DNA from: Candidatus Woesearchaeota archaeon | GTDB taxonomy: Archaea; Nanobdellota; Nanobdellia; SCGC-AAA011-G17; GW2011-AR17 | Length of the DNA stretch: 51,504 nt | Direction of reading: 5' to 3' | Assembly: GCA_043818535.1 (NCBI GenBank) | Contig: JBDRFS010000033.1 | Span: forward strand, 1-51,504 | Shown here: positions 21,585 to 28,693 of the stretch, piece by piece | Numbering within the stretch: position 1 is the first letter of the stretch | Layout: each line of letters starts with the position of its first letter | The notes under the pieces: model-generated | What the model saw: the letters and a program-made list of their open reading frames with translations, nothing else | The model's database searches: none | Told to the model about the DNA's origin: nothing | Program-made: the position numbers and the translations under genes

Positions 21585-21677
21585 GGAGCACGCATTGTTT
21601 TGGAAGAATTCTTTTTGTGGGTTTGTAAGAGTAAAGACTGAGTCTTCCACGTAGCATATCGCCTAGCCAGCTAAACC

Positions 21678-21685
21678 TTTATATA
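21678..21685 (+). promoter_or_regulatory. TATA box for rad50
   Basis: ctaaaccTTTATATAtttc ends 23 nt before the ATG at 21709. The 13-mer aaacctttatata is shared with 27429-27441 and 28654-28666. Confidence 0.5.
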
Positions 21686-21708
21686 TTTCAACTATATAGG
21701 CTTTAGTG

Positions 21709-23754
21709 ATGAGAATAAAGGGAATTGCTTTGGATAATATCAGGAGCTATGTGCAGCAGGAGATTAAGTTTCCTGAGGGCAGTGTCTTGCTGTCCGGCAA
21801 CATAGGCTCTGGGAAGTCTACTATCTTGCTGGCCATGGAGTTTGCCCTGTTTGGATTGATGAGGGGGACATTGTCAGGGGCAGCATTGCTTAGGAACGGG
21901 ACAGACAGGGGGAGCGTCAGGCTGGATTTTTCTGTCGAAGAAAAGGAGATTACAATCTACAGGAGCCTGAAAAGGACAAAAGCCAGCGTGACACAGGATG
22001 CAGGATGGGTGGAGATTAATGGTGTAAGAAAAGAAGCCACTGCTGTTGAGCTGAAGCAGAAGGTCTTGGAGCTTTTGAACTATCCTTTGGACCTGCTTAC
22101 AAAGAGCAAGTCATTAGTCTTCCGTTACACAGTGTACACTCCCCAGGAAGAGATGAAGCATATTCTATTCTGTGACCAGGAGGAAAGGCTGGATATTCTA
22201 AGGAAAGTGTTTGGCGTGGAGAAGTACAAGAGGATAACCTCAAATACGCAATTAATTGCTTCAAAGCTTAGGGAGAACATGAGGGAGATTGCAGGCTACA
22301 TAGCTGACCTGGAAAACAAGAGGGAAAACAGGAATAGCAAGGCAGATGAGGTAAAGGAGCATGAATCCAAACTGAAGAGAATGCTTGGGCCATTGAAGAA
22401 GGCTTCTGAAAAGGCTTTGGAGGCAAAATCAACACTGGCAGAGATTGAGTCAAGGATGAAGGAAGTGAATTCTCTGCAGCAGGAGCTTACTGGAAGGAAG
22501 GTTGAGCTTGAACATGCAATAAGGGAAAGGAAGCGGCTGAAAGAGGAATCCGAAGCCTTGGAGAAAGAGGTGAAGGGCATGGAAGGCTTGAAGGCAGAAG
22601 AGTTAATGCCCCAAATAGAGAAAAAGAAGCTTGCCATAACTGCTGCTGAAAACTTATTAAGGAAAATAGTAAGAGATGTCCAGGAATTGAAGGTGAAGAT
22701 AAGGATATCAAAAGACATAGTTGATAAGGTAAACAAGCTCAGCAAGTGCCCGACATGCCTCCAGGACGTTCCAGATTCGCATAAAACCGGAATTAAGGAT
22801 AAGGAGAAGCAAAAGATAGGCAGCTTGTCTTCAGAGTTTGAGAAGGGCGTGAAGGAGGAAATAGCCAAAGGGCAGGAGATAGAAAGGCTCAAGTCTGAAA
22901 TGGACGAGCTTATAGCGCTGGAAAAGGAAGCTGCAATAATAAGGCAGATGATGAGAGAAGTGGAAGAGAAGAAGAAAAGGCTTTCTTCAGCATCAAAACA
23001 GCTGTCTGAAACAAAATCCCTTATTGGGACTTTAAATTCTGCAATCGAGGACCTCTATAAGAGGATTGAGCCTTTTGCAAAGGTTGATGAGGAGTATGCC
23101 ACAGCCAAAGAAGATTATGAGGCAGTTGCAGATGACAAGAATAAGCTGGAGGTTGAGAAGGCGAGGGTTGAGGCCACGGTTTCTGCAGTGAAGTCAGAAT
23201 TGAAGGGAATTGACCATGAAATCAAGGAAAAGGAAGGCAAAAGGGATGAGCTCAATAAACTTTCCGGGTTGCAGGACTGGCTTGTGAAGGATTTTGTAAG
23301 CTTGGTGTCAGCTATGGAGAAGAGCATAATGTTCAAGGTGCATGAAAGCTTCAACAGCCTTTTTGAGAGGTGGTTCGGGATCTTGGTTGAAGGGGATGTG
23401 ATAAATGTGTCCCTTGATGAGTTCTTTACGCCGAGAATAGGGCAGAACGGCTATGACATAGAGTATGACTTCCTGTCTGGAGGGGAGAAGACAGCTGTTG
23501 CATTGGCTTACAGGCTAGCCTTGAACCAAGTCATCAATAACCTCATGTCAGGCATTAATACTCGCGATTTGATAATACTGGATGAGCCAACTGACGGATT
23601 CTCTTCTGAGCAGCTTGACAGGATGAAGATGCTGTTAGAAGAGCTTGAAGTGGGGCAGATGGTTATAGTGAGCCATGAGCCGAAGGTCGAGAGCTTTGTG
23701 GATACTGTTATAAGGTTTGAGAAGGCAGAGCACGTTAGCAGGGCTTTCTCTTAA
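21709..23754 (+). CDS. rad50: Rad50-type SMC-like ATPase with central CxxC zinc hook
   Basis: Walker A GNIGSGKST, long Glu/Lys-rich coiled coil with central KCPTCLQ hook, signature LSGGEKTAVALAYRLAL and Walker B LIILDEPTDGF. The start was set at the ATG at 21709 (the tracked ORF begins at a GTG 3 nt earlier). Confidence 0.75.
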   Translation: MRIKGIALDNIRSYVQQEIKFPEGSVLLSGNIGSGKSTILLAMEFALFGLMRGTLSGAALLRNGTDRGSVRLDFSVEEKEITIYRSLKRTKASVTQDAGWVEINGVRKEATAVELKQKVLELLNYPLDLLTKSKSLVFRYTVYTPQEEMKHILFCDQEERLDILRKVFGVEKYKRITSNTQLIASKLRENMREIAGYIADLENKRENRNSKADEVKEHESKLKRMLGPLKKASEKALEAKSTLAEIESRMKEVNSLQQELTGRKVELEHAIRERKRLKEESEALEKEVKGMEGLKAEELMPQIEKKKLAITAAENLLRKIVRDVQELKVKIRISKDIVDKVNKLSKCPTCLQDVPDSHKTGIKDKEKQKIGSLSSEFEKGVKEEIAKGQEIERLKSEMDELIALEKEAAIIRQMMREVEEKKKRLSSASKQLSETKSLIGTLNSAIEDLYKRIEPFAKVDEEYATAKEDYEAVADDKNKLEVEKARVEATVSAVKSELKGIDHEIKEKEGKRDELNKLSGLQDWLVKDFVSLVSAMEKSIMFKVHESFNSLFERWFGILVEGDVINVSLDEFFTPRIGQNGYDIEYDFLSGGEKTAVALAYRLALNQVINNLMSGINTRDLIILDEPTDGFSSEQLDRMKMLLEELEVGQMVIVSHEPKVESFVDTVIRFEKAEHVSRAFS

Positions 23755-24065
23755 GGTAAATCTTTCACCCTTTCAATTAATGGTATACTGCCCCTTTCTT
23801 CAACCTCGCCCTCTTTCTCGTAAAGCACTTGTCCATTTTCAATGCTGATTTCTGACTTGTAGGTTTTACACCCCTGGCACCAAAGCAGTATTGGAACAAC
23901 TCCTTGTTCTTTCCAGTCCTTGTAGTATTCACCCTGAACAGTACAAAATATGTCCTCTTCACAATCTGGGCAGCTTTGGTAAAGGATTGCGCCTACGCCC
24001 ATTTTTTCCAGTCTTTCTTCTGTGACTCCGATTTCTTCAAGTTTTGGATGCATTTTATTTCCCAT
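23751..24065 (-). CDS. Small zinc-ribbon-like protein (hypothetical)
   Basis: 104-aa ORF with CPDC...C and CQGC pairs. It converges on rad50 with a 4-nt overlap. The TATA-like tttataccccc lies on the minus strand about 40 nt upstream. Confidence 0.5.
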   Translation of the reverse strand: MGNKMHPKLEEIGVTEERLEKMGVGAILYQSCPDCEEDIFCTVQGEYYKDWKEQGVVPILLWCQGCKTYKSEISIENGQVLYEKEGEVEERGSIPLIERVKDLP

Positions 24066-24245
24066 ATTTGCACCTCCAATCAGCAGGGATGTAATAGGGG
24101 GTATAAATAGCTTTTCCTGGAGTCGGGCTTGGTGCGAAATATGTATTAGCAGCCAGATTCTGCATCCTGCTGGCAGGTGCTGATTGCAATATCATGCTCT
24201 GCGCATTATGCACGAGTCCCTGGAGTCCAATCTACAGGTCGTAAA

Positions 24246-24283
24246 CCCTGGCAAGAAACCCCGCGAAGGGTTTCTTGCTGGGG
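24246..24283. ncRNA. Strong hairpin inside a 340-nt unassigned intergenic region (candidate structured RNA, identity unknown)
   Basis: gcaagaaaccc (24251-24261) and gggtttcttgc (24268-24278) form a perfect 11-bp stem over a 6-nt loop cgcgaa. The stem is extendable to 16 bp by ccctg/tgggg with two G-U pairs. The surrounding 24176-24300 is GC-richer than other spacers. Confidence 0.3.
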
Positions 24284-24408
24284 AAAAAGAGGTGATACAG
24301 CCCGTTAGAATATATAACTCCTATATAAATGTTTCGGTGATTTAGTAATCTTGAAGTAGTGACATGCCTATCGTCAATTATTTATAATCCAAGCATTCTC
24401 CTATACCT

Positions 24409-24933
24409 ATGGGGGAATCTTTGCGACTGGACAACAAGGAGCTTGTTTCTGAGATAAAAAAGGGGAAACTCTTCATATTCCCAACAGATGCAGGCTACTG
24501 CATGGGCTGCAATGCTTTAAAGCAGAAGGCTGTTAATAAGCTGGTTGAGCTTTCAAATGGCGAAATAGAGCTTCTTGCACCTTCAAAGGAGTGGGTTGGC
24601 GAGAATTTTAGGATAAGGAAAAGTTATGTTGAGCAGCTTCCAGGGCCATTTATCTATGTTCTCAGGGCAAAAAGGTATGTAAAGGCTGAGGGCGGGAATG
24701 CCTTTAAGGTTAGGATGCCGGAGCATTCTTTCACCAAAGTTGTTGGGCAGGCAAAAGTCCCTGTGGCTTTTGCAGAGATTGGCAATTTTACTGAGCTTAA
24801 GAGGATTCCTCCAAAGATTGCCAGAAAGGCTGACTTTGTAGTTGATGCTGGGAGGATTGAGAGGCATCCGCTGTCAGTTGTTGACTTTACAGGGAATATT
24901 CCAAAGATTCTTTTGAAAAGAGAACATATTTAA
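24409..24933 (+). CDS. YrdC/Sua5-family (TsaC-like) threonylcarbamoyl-AMP synthase domain protein
   Basis: KGKLFIFPTDAGYCMGCNA matches the P-T-D-T-x-Y-G-L core. The 174-aa size fits a single YrdC domain. Confidence 0.6.
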   Translation: MGESLRLDNKELVSEIKKGKLFIFPTDAGYCMGCNALKQKAVNKLVELSNGEIELLAPSKEWVGENFRIRKSYVEQLPGPFIYVLRAKRYVKAEGGNAFKVRMPEHSFTKVVGQAKVPVAFAEIGNFTELKRIPPKIARKADFVVDAGRIERHPLSVVDFTGNIPKILLKREHI

Positions 24934-24961
24934 AGGAGATACATCTTACATTTTTCTTATT

Positions 24962-25060
24962 GGGGCTGTAGTCTAGCCTGGACTAGGACTCATGCTTGGG
25001 GAATCGGATTGGGTCCGGTACAAAATGTGTGCAACCGGGGTTCAAATCCTCGCAGCCCCA
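24962..25060 (+). tRNA. tRNA-Pro(GGG) with a 24-nt intron (25002-25025) at 37/38
   Basis: Manual fold. Acceptor GGGGCTG/CAGCCCC. D arm GTCT-AGCCTGGACTA-GGAC. Anticodon stem CATGC/GTGTG with loop TTGGGG|intron|T. Variable loop CAAC. T arm CGGGG-TTCAAAT-CCTCG. Discriminator A. The intron forms a bulge-helix-bulge: central helix TTGG/ACAA (one G-A mismatch), 3-nt bulges GG|A and AA|T, and distal helix ATCGGA/TCCGGT. Confidence 0.7.
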
Positions 25061-25070
25061 TATTTATTTT

Positions 25071-25145
25071 TAGCAGCCCATTTTGTCTGTTGTGTTACAG
25101 CTTAAAGCCATAGCCTCAAAACAAAAGGAGCAGGCCAGCTGCCTA
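25071..25145. repeat. Face-to-face pair of interspersed elements (plus copy 25071-25109, minus copy 25114-25145)
   Basis: The plus copy reads tagcagcccattttgtctgttgtgttacagcttaaagcc. The reverse complement of the minus copy reads taggcagctggcctgctccttttgttttgagg. Confidence 0.55.
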
Positions 25146-25204
25146 AAAAATATTCTTCTACAAAATAGCAATAGTTAAATATCCCTGTGTATTCTAAAAG
25201 TACT

Positions 25205-25891
25205 ATGAATTACCCAAATGAAGGAAGGCTTATTGATTTTGTCAAAGATGGCCTGCAAAAAGGCTATGGCGAGGAAACAATCATTAACATGATGAGGGAG
25301 CATAACATCACTGAAGATGAGATGAATGAAGTGATGGAAGAGGCCAAGAGGGAGCTTGCAGGCATCCAGGCAGAACCATCCCAAGAAGAGTCTCCTGCAC
25401 AGCCTGAAGAGCCTGGGGAACAGCCAGCTCCTGCAGAAGAGTCTCCTGCACAGCCTGAAGAGTCTGGGGAACAGCCTGCTGAAGAAGTTCAAGAAGAAGT
25501 ACCACCAACAGAGCAAAGGATAGAGGAGGTTGGCAAGGAGCTTGAAGAGGCTGAAAGCATGGAGCAGGAAGAGACCCATCACCATGCGCTTGATGCACTC
25601 AGGCAGAGGGAGGGGCTGTACTCTGTGCTGCTTATTATCGTATCCTTTGCAATAATGCTTGCAGTCTACATTGGGAGGATGTTTGGTAGCGTTAGTGAGA
25701 TCCAATTAGAGGGCGGAACAACAGGCATTGGGCTAAGGCTGATAAAGGCTTTGTGGCCTTTGGCTTTCCCGCTGGCTGCAAACACTGCAAACTTCTTCCT
25801 GTTTAGGAGGCATTTCAAGCTCTGCCTAATAATAAGCATGATAATACTGGGTTCAGTCTTACTAGTGCTTGCTCTGCTGACGCTTTTTTAA
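25205..25891 (+). CDS. Membrane protein with acidic Pro/Glu-rich repeat linker (hypothetical)
   Basis: The ORF has a soluble N-terminal domain, a duplicated SPAQPEE(P/S)GEQPA repeat and three C-terminal hydrophobic segments. The start was set at the ATG at 25205, 22 nt after the TATA-like ttaaatat (the tracked ORF begins at a GTG at 25187). Confidence 0.55.
   Translation: MNYPNEGRLIDFVKDGLQKGYGEETIINMMREHNITEDEMNEVMEEAKRELAGIQAEPSQEESPAQPEEPGEQPAPAEESPAQPEESGEQPAEEVQEEVPPTEQRIEEVGKELEEAESMEQEETHHHALDALRQREGLYSVLLIIVSFAIMLAVYIGRMFGSVSEIQLEGGTTGIGLRLIKALWPLAFPLAANTANFFLFRRHFKLCLIISMIILGSVLLVLALLTLF
25385..25486 (+). repeat. 2 x 51-bp in-frame tandem repeat
   Basis: gaagagtctcctgcacagcctgaagagcctggggaacagccagctcctgca is followed by the near-identical gaagagtctcctgcacagcctgaagagtctggggaacagcctgctgaagaa. 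Confidence 0.85.
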
Positions 25892-25914
25892 TTTTTTACT
25901 TTACAAGTTAGAGC

Positions 25915-27273
25915 CTAGAACTTGAACCCTTTCGGGATTTTGCCCTTAAACTTCTTCATCAAAGAATTGACATCCCCTGCATCCCCGCCCTTCATCATCT
26001 TGAGCATCTTCTTTGCCATCCTGTACTGCTTCAGGAGATCCCTGACATTCCCTATACTCACTCCAGCACCCTTGGCAATCCTCTCTACCCGGCCACCAGT
26101 GATTATCTCCGGTTCTTCCAGCTCTTCTTTGGTCATGGACTTCATTATGTGCTTCCAGGTCTTGAGCTTGTCCTCCTGGCCTTCAAGCATCTCCTTTGGA
26201 ATATTAAGATTGCCCATGCCCGGGATCAAGTCAACTAATTTTGAGAATGAGCCCATCTTTGCCATGGCCTGCATCTGCTCATACAAATCAAGGAAGTTGA
26301 ACTCACCCTTTAAGAGCTTCTTGCCCATGTCCTCGGCTTCCTCTTCTGATATGGCGTTCTGAGCCTTTTCCAGCAGTGCCTCTATGTCTCCCATGCCCAG
26401 CATCCTGCCAACAAAGCCCTGGGGGTTGAACTGCTCCAGGTCGTCAATCTTTTCCCCGATGCCAATGAACTTTATTGGTGCAGAAGTTACAGAGCATGCG
26501 CTCAATGCCCCGCCAGCTTTTGCAGTGCCGTCCATCTTTGTGGCTATTACGCCAGTGACATTGCAGCTCTTGTGGAACTGTTCAGCCTGTTTCTGGGCTG
26601 CCTGGCCAATGTCTGCGGAGATTACCAGCAGTACCTCATCAGGCTTTACCGCCGCATTGATCTTTTCCACTTCTTTTATTAAGTCGCTGGATAAGGCGTC
26701 CCTGCCTGCGGTGTCGATTATTATTAGGTCAAAGTCCTTGAACTGTTTTTCATGCTTCTTTATTATCTTTAAAGGGTCTTTTTCCTTTTCATCTCCAAAG
26801 AAGGCAACATTGGCTTGCTTTGCCAAAGTTTTTAATTGGTGATAGGCGGCAGGCCTCCACGTGTCTGTCTGCATTACAGCGACTTTGATTCCCCTTTTTG
26901 CGTAGAACTTAGCCAATTTTCCGGATTGTGTTGTCTTCCCACTGCCGTAGAGGCCCACAAGCATTATCTTGAAGGGCTTCTTGTCTATCACTACTTCGTT
27001 CTTCTCTCCGCCCAGGAATCTTGTCAGCTCATCATAGACTATCTTTATGAGGCATTCCTTCTGCGTCATCCCTGCCGGAGGCTTCTCATTCAGTGCCTTT
27101 TCCTTGATCCTCTTTGAGAGCTCAAAAACGAGCCTGACGTTCACGTCTGATTGAATCAAAGCTCTTTGTATGTCTTTTACTAATTCGTCTATCAGCTTTT
27201 CGTCAACGAACATGCTTCTGGCTATCTTTGAGAGCGTATTCTTCAATGATGAGCCTAGCTTGTCCATTACCAT
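25915..27273 (-). CDS. srp54: Signal recognition particle protein SRP54
   Basis: N domain, G domain GLYGSGKTT ... DTAGR ... TKMDG, and a Met-rich M domain (MLKMMKGG). Confidence 0.93.
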   Translation of the reverse strand: MVMDKLGSSLKNTLSKIARSMFVDEKLIDELVKDIQRALIQSDVNVRLVFELSKRIKEKALNEKPPAGMTQKECLIKIVYDELTRFLGGEKNEVVIDKKPFKIMLVGLYGSGKTTQSGKLAKFYAKRGIKVAVMQTDTWRPAAYHQLKTLAKQANVAFFGDEKEKDPLKIIKKHEKQFKDFDLIIIDTAGRDALSSDLIKEVEKINAAVKPDEVLLVISADIGQAAQKQAEQFHKSCNVTGVIATKMDGTAKAGGALSACSVTSAPIKFIGIGEKIDDLEQFNPQGFVGRMLGMGDIEALLEKAQNAISEEEAEDMGKKLLKGEFNFLDLYEQMQAMAKMGSFSKLVDLIPGMGNLNIPKEMLEGQEDKLKTWKHIMKSMTKEELEEPEIITGGRVERIAKGAGVSIGNVRDLLKQYRMAKKMLKMMKGGDAGDVNSLMKKFKGKIPKGFKF

Positions 27274-27350
27274 AATCCCATATTAGTAGACTCTTTCTTT
27301 ATAAGATTTGGGTTTTTTTGGAGCCAGCATTGTATCTTATGTATCAATGG

Positions 27351-27396
27351 ATCGCAATGCTTTCTTCTGAAACAATGGGGGCATTGCAGGCTGCTA
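27351..27396 (-). repeat. Interspersed element, minus orientation, upstream of the NADAR gene
   Basis: Reverse complement reads tagcagcctgcaatgcccccattgtttcagaagaaagcattgcgat. A weaker plus-oriented partner lies at 27321-27341. Confidence 0.6.
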
Positions 27397-27433
27397 TTCA
27401 AGGAGAGAAAGTAAACCCCCAACAACAAAAACC

Positions 27434-27441
27434 TTTATATG
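27434..27441 (+). promoter_or_regulatory. TATA box for the NADAR gene
   Basis: caaaaaccTTTATATGgc ends 27 nt before the ATG at 27469. Confidence 0.5.
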
Positions 27442-27468
27442 GCTCCTGCAGAATAGGGATCATTAAAA

Positions 27469-28083
27469 ATGGCAATAATATTTTACCGGACTAGTGAAGT
27501 ACCATATGGGTGCTTTTCGAATTTCTCACTCCGCCCTATCAAGATAGACGGAAAAGAATGGCCTACTTCAGAACATTTTTTCCAGGCCTACAAGTTTATC
27601 ACTACAGATCCAGAATATGCTGAGACCATCCGCAACACATCCCGGCCACATGATGTTGCAGACCTTGGGCGTGACAGGAACTATCCCTTAAGGCATGACT
27701 GGGAAGATGTAAAGGATGATGTGATGCGAATAGCTGTTGCGACAAAATTCAGCCAGCACGAGGACATCCAAAAGATTCTACTAAACACAGGAGATGAGAC
27801 AATTATAGAGGCAACGACCAAAGATAATTATTGGGGCGAAGGAACTAAGAAAAATGGAAAGAATATGCTTGGGATAATTCTTGAGGAGGTTCGTGATTGC
27901 CTTTGCGGACAGCAGCCTTTTGAAGATCATTGGGATGAAGAATTCCTAAAAGCAGAAGAAAGCAGGTCTCATATTGTGGAAGACAATACAGCTAATGCAT
28001 ATTGTTCTGCATTCAGGTCCTCTCCATTGGGCTTGTATCTGGCTGACAGTTGGAGTATTGTTGATCCTGGCAAGTTAGAGTAA
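27469..28083 (+). CDS. NADAR (YbiA/DUF1768) family protein
   Basis: FYRTSEVPYGCFSNFS...IDGKEWPTSEHFFQAYKF...YWGEG matches the NADAR core motifs. A roughly 50-aa C-terminal extension is present. Confidence 0.7.
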   Translation: MAIIFYRTSEVPYGCFSNFSLRPIKIDGKEWPTSEHFFQAYKFITTDPEYAETIRNTSRPHDVADLGRDRNYPLRHDWEDVKDDVMRIAVATKFSQHEDIQKILLNTGDETIIEATTKDNYWGEGTKKNGKNMLGIILEEVRDCLCGQQPFEDHWDEEFLKAEESRSHIVEDNTANAYCSAFRSSPLGLYLADSWSIVDPGKLE

Positions 28084-28207
28084 TACGTTGAGAGCGTTTT
28101 TTCAGAAGCCCGTATTTTTACTCCTATCCTGCGTGGGAGGCATTTTATTGCTCTTTTCTCCGTAAAGCATATAAAGCATTCATATTTCCATACCTGAAGG
28201 TGAAAAC

Positions 28208-28630
28208 ATGAAAAAAACTTTAGTGGCAGGTTTGGCATGCCTTCTGTTGGGAGCATGCGCAGGACCAAAGATAGTTAGCAATGCACAAGACGCAAAATAT
28301 ACTTACAAGGACAATTTTCTAGGGTTTAAAGTCTCTGCCAAGACTAAGGATAAGATTCCTATGATGCGCTATAAGGGCAGCCACAACTGCGCCTTGTACC
28401 TGAATGACTGGGTGATAGTCGATGCTGAATGCGATAAGAAGATTGAGTATGTATGCCAAAAAGATGAGTTCTATTACTTCGTCTTTGGAGAAAGAGGCGT
28501 CGCCCTGACAAACTGCAAAAGGCAGGAAGGGCTTGAGAAGCTGAAGAATTCCATGACTTACCAAAAGTACTGGGACAGCATGGATATGGGCTACCTGATA
28601 AAGCACTGGAAGGAAGAGCACGGGCGGTAG
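28208..28630 (+). CDS. Lipoprotein-like secreted protein with a C-type-lectin-like Cys pattern
   Basis: The signal/lipobox is MKKTLVAGLACLLLGAC. NCALYLNDWVIVDAECDKKIEYVCQK resembles the C...W-x-D-x-x-C...-C end of CTLD folds. Confidence 0.45.
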   Translation: MKKTLVAGLACLLLGACAGPKIVSNAQDAKYTYKDNFLGFKVSAKTKDKIPMMRYKGSHNCALYLNDWVIVDAECDKKIEYVCQKDEFYYFVFGERGVALTNCKRQEGLEKLKNSMTYQKYWDSMDMGYLIKHWKEEHGR

Positions 28631-28658
28631 TTTTTACTACTTTTATGTAACAAAAACC

Positions 28659-28666
28659 TTTATATA
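28659..28666 (+). promoter_or_regulatory. TATA box for the GGDEF gene
   Basis: caaaaaccTTTATATActc ends 27 nt before the ATG at 28694. Confidence 0.5.
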
Positions 28667-28693
28667 CTCGGAAGTACGCTTATTTGTATTAAG

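Noticed and set aside
24110-24315. RNase P RNA or SRP RNA in the long spacer.
   Set aside because: ggagtcgggc (24118) and acagcccgtta (24297) can mimic the P4 helix with a bulged U, and ggtcgtaaaccctggcaag resembles a GGUAAAC..GCAAG block. However, no room is left for P1-P3, the 5' part overlaps the promoter of the neighbouring gene, and CR-II/III are missing. The SRP-like AGCAGCC string is just the interspersed-repeat core, and no helix-8 GNAR/GGAA motif is present.
24962-25060. Alternative readings of the 99-nt tRNA as tRNA-Met/Ile2 (CAT at 24991-24993), or as a class II tRNA (Ser/Leu) with a long variable arm or two introns.
   Set aside because: Those folds give no U33, mismatched anticodon stems or a missing position 26. 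The single-intron Pro(GGG) fold gives a complete 75-nt cloverleaf and a bulge-helix-bulge at the canonical site.
25175-25705. 176-aa minus-strand ORF overlapping the acidic-repeat membrane protein.
   Set aside because: It is the antisense reading of the Glu/Pro repeat (giving an Arg/Leu/Phe-rich sequence). It has no promoter, and the sense ORF has coherent domain and TM architecture.
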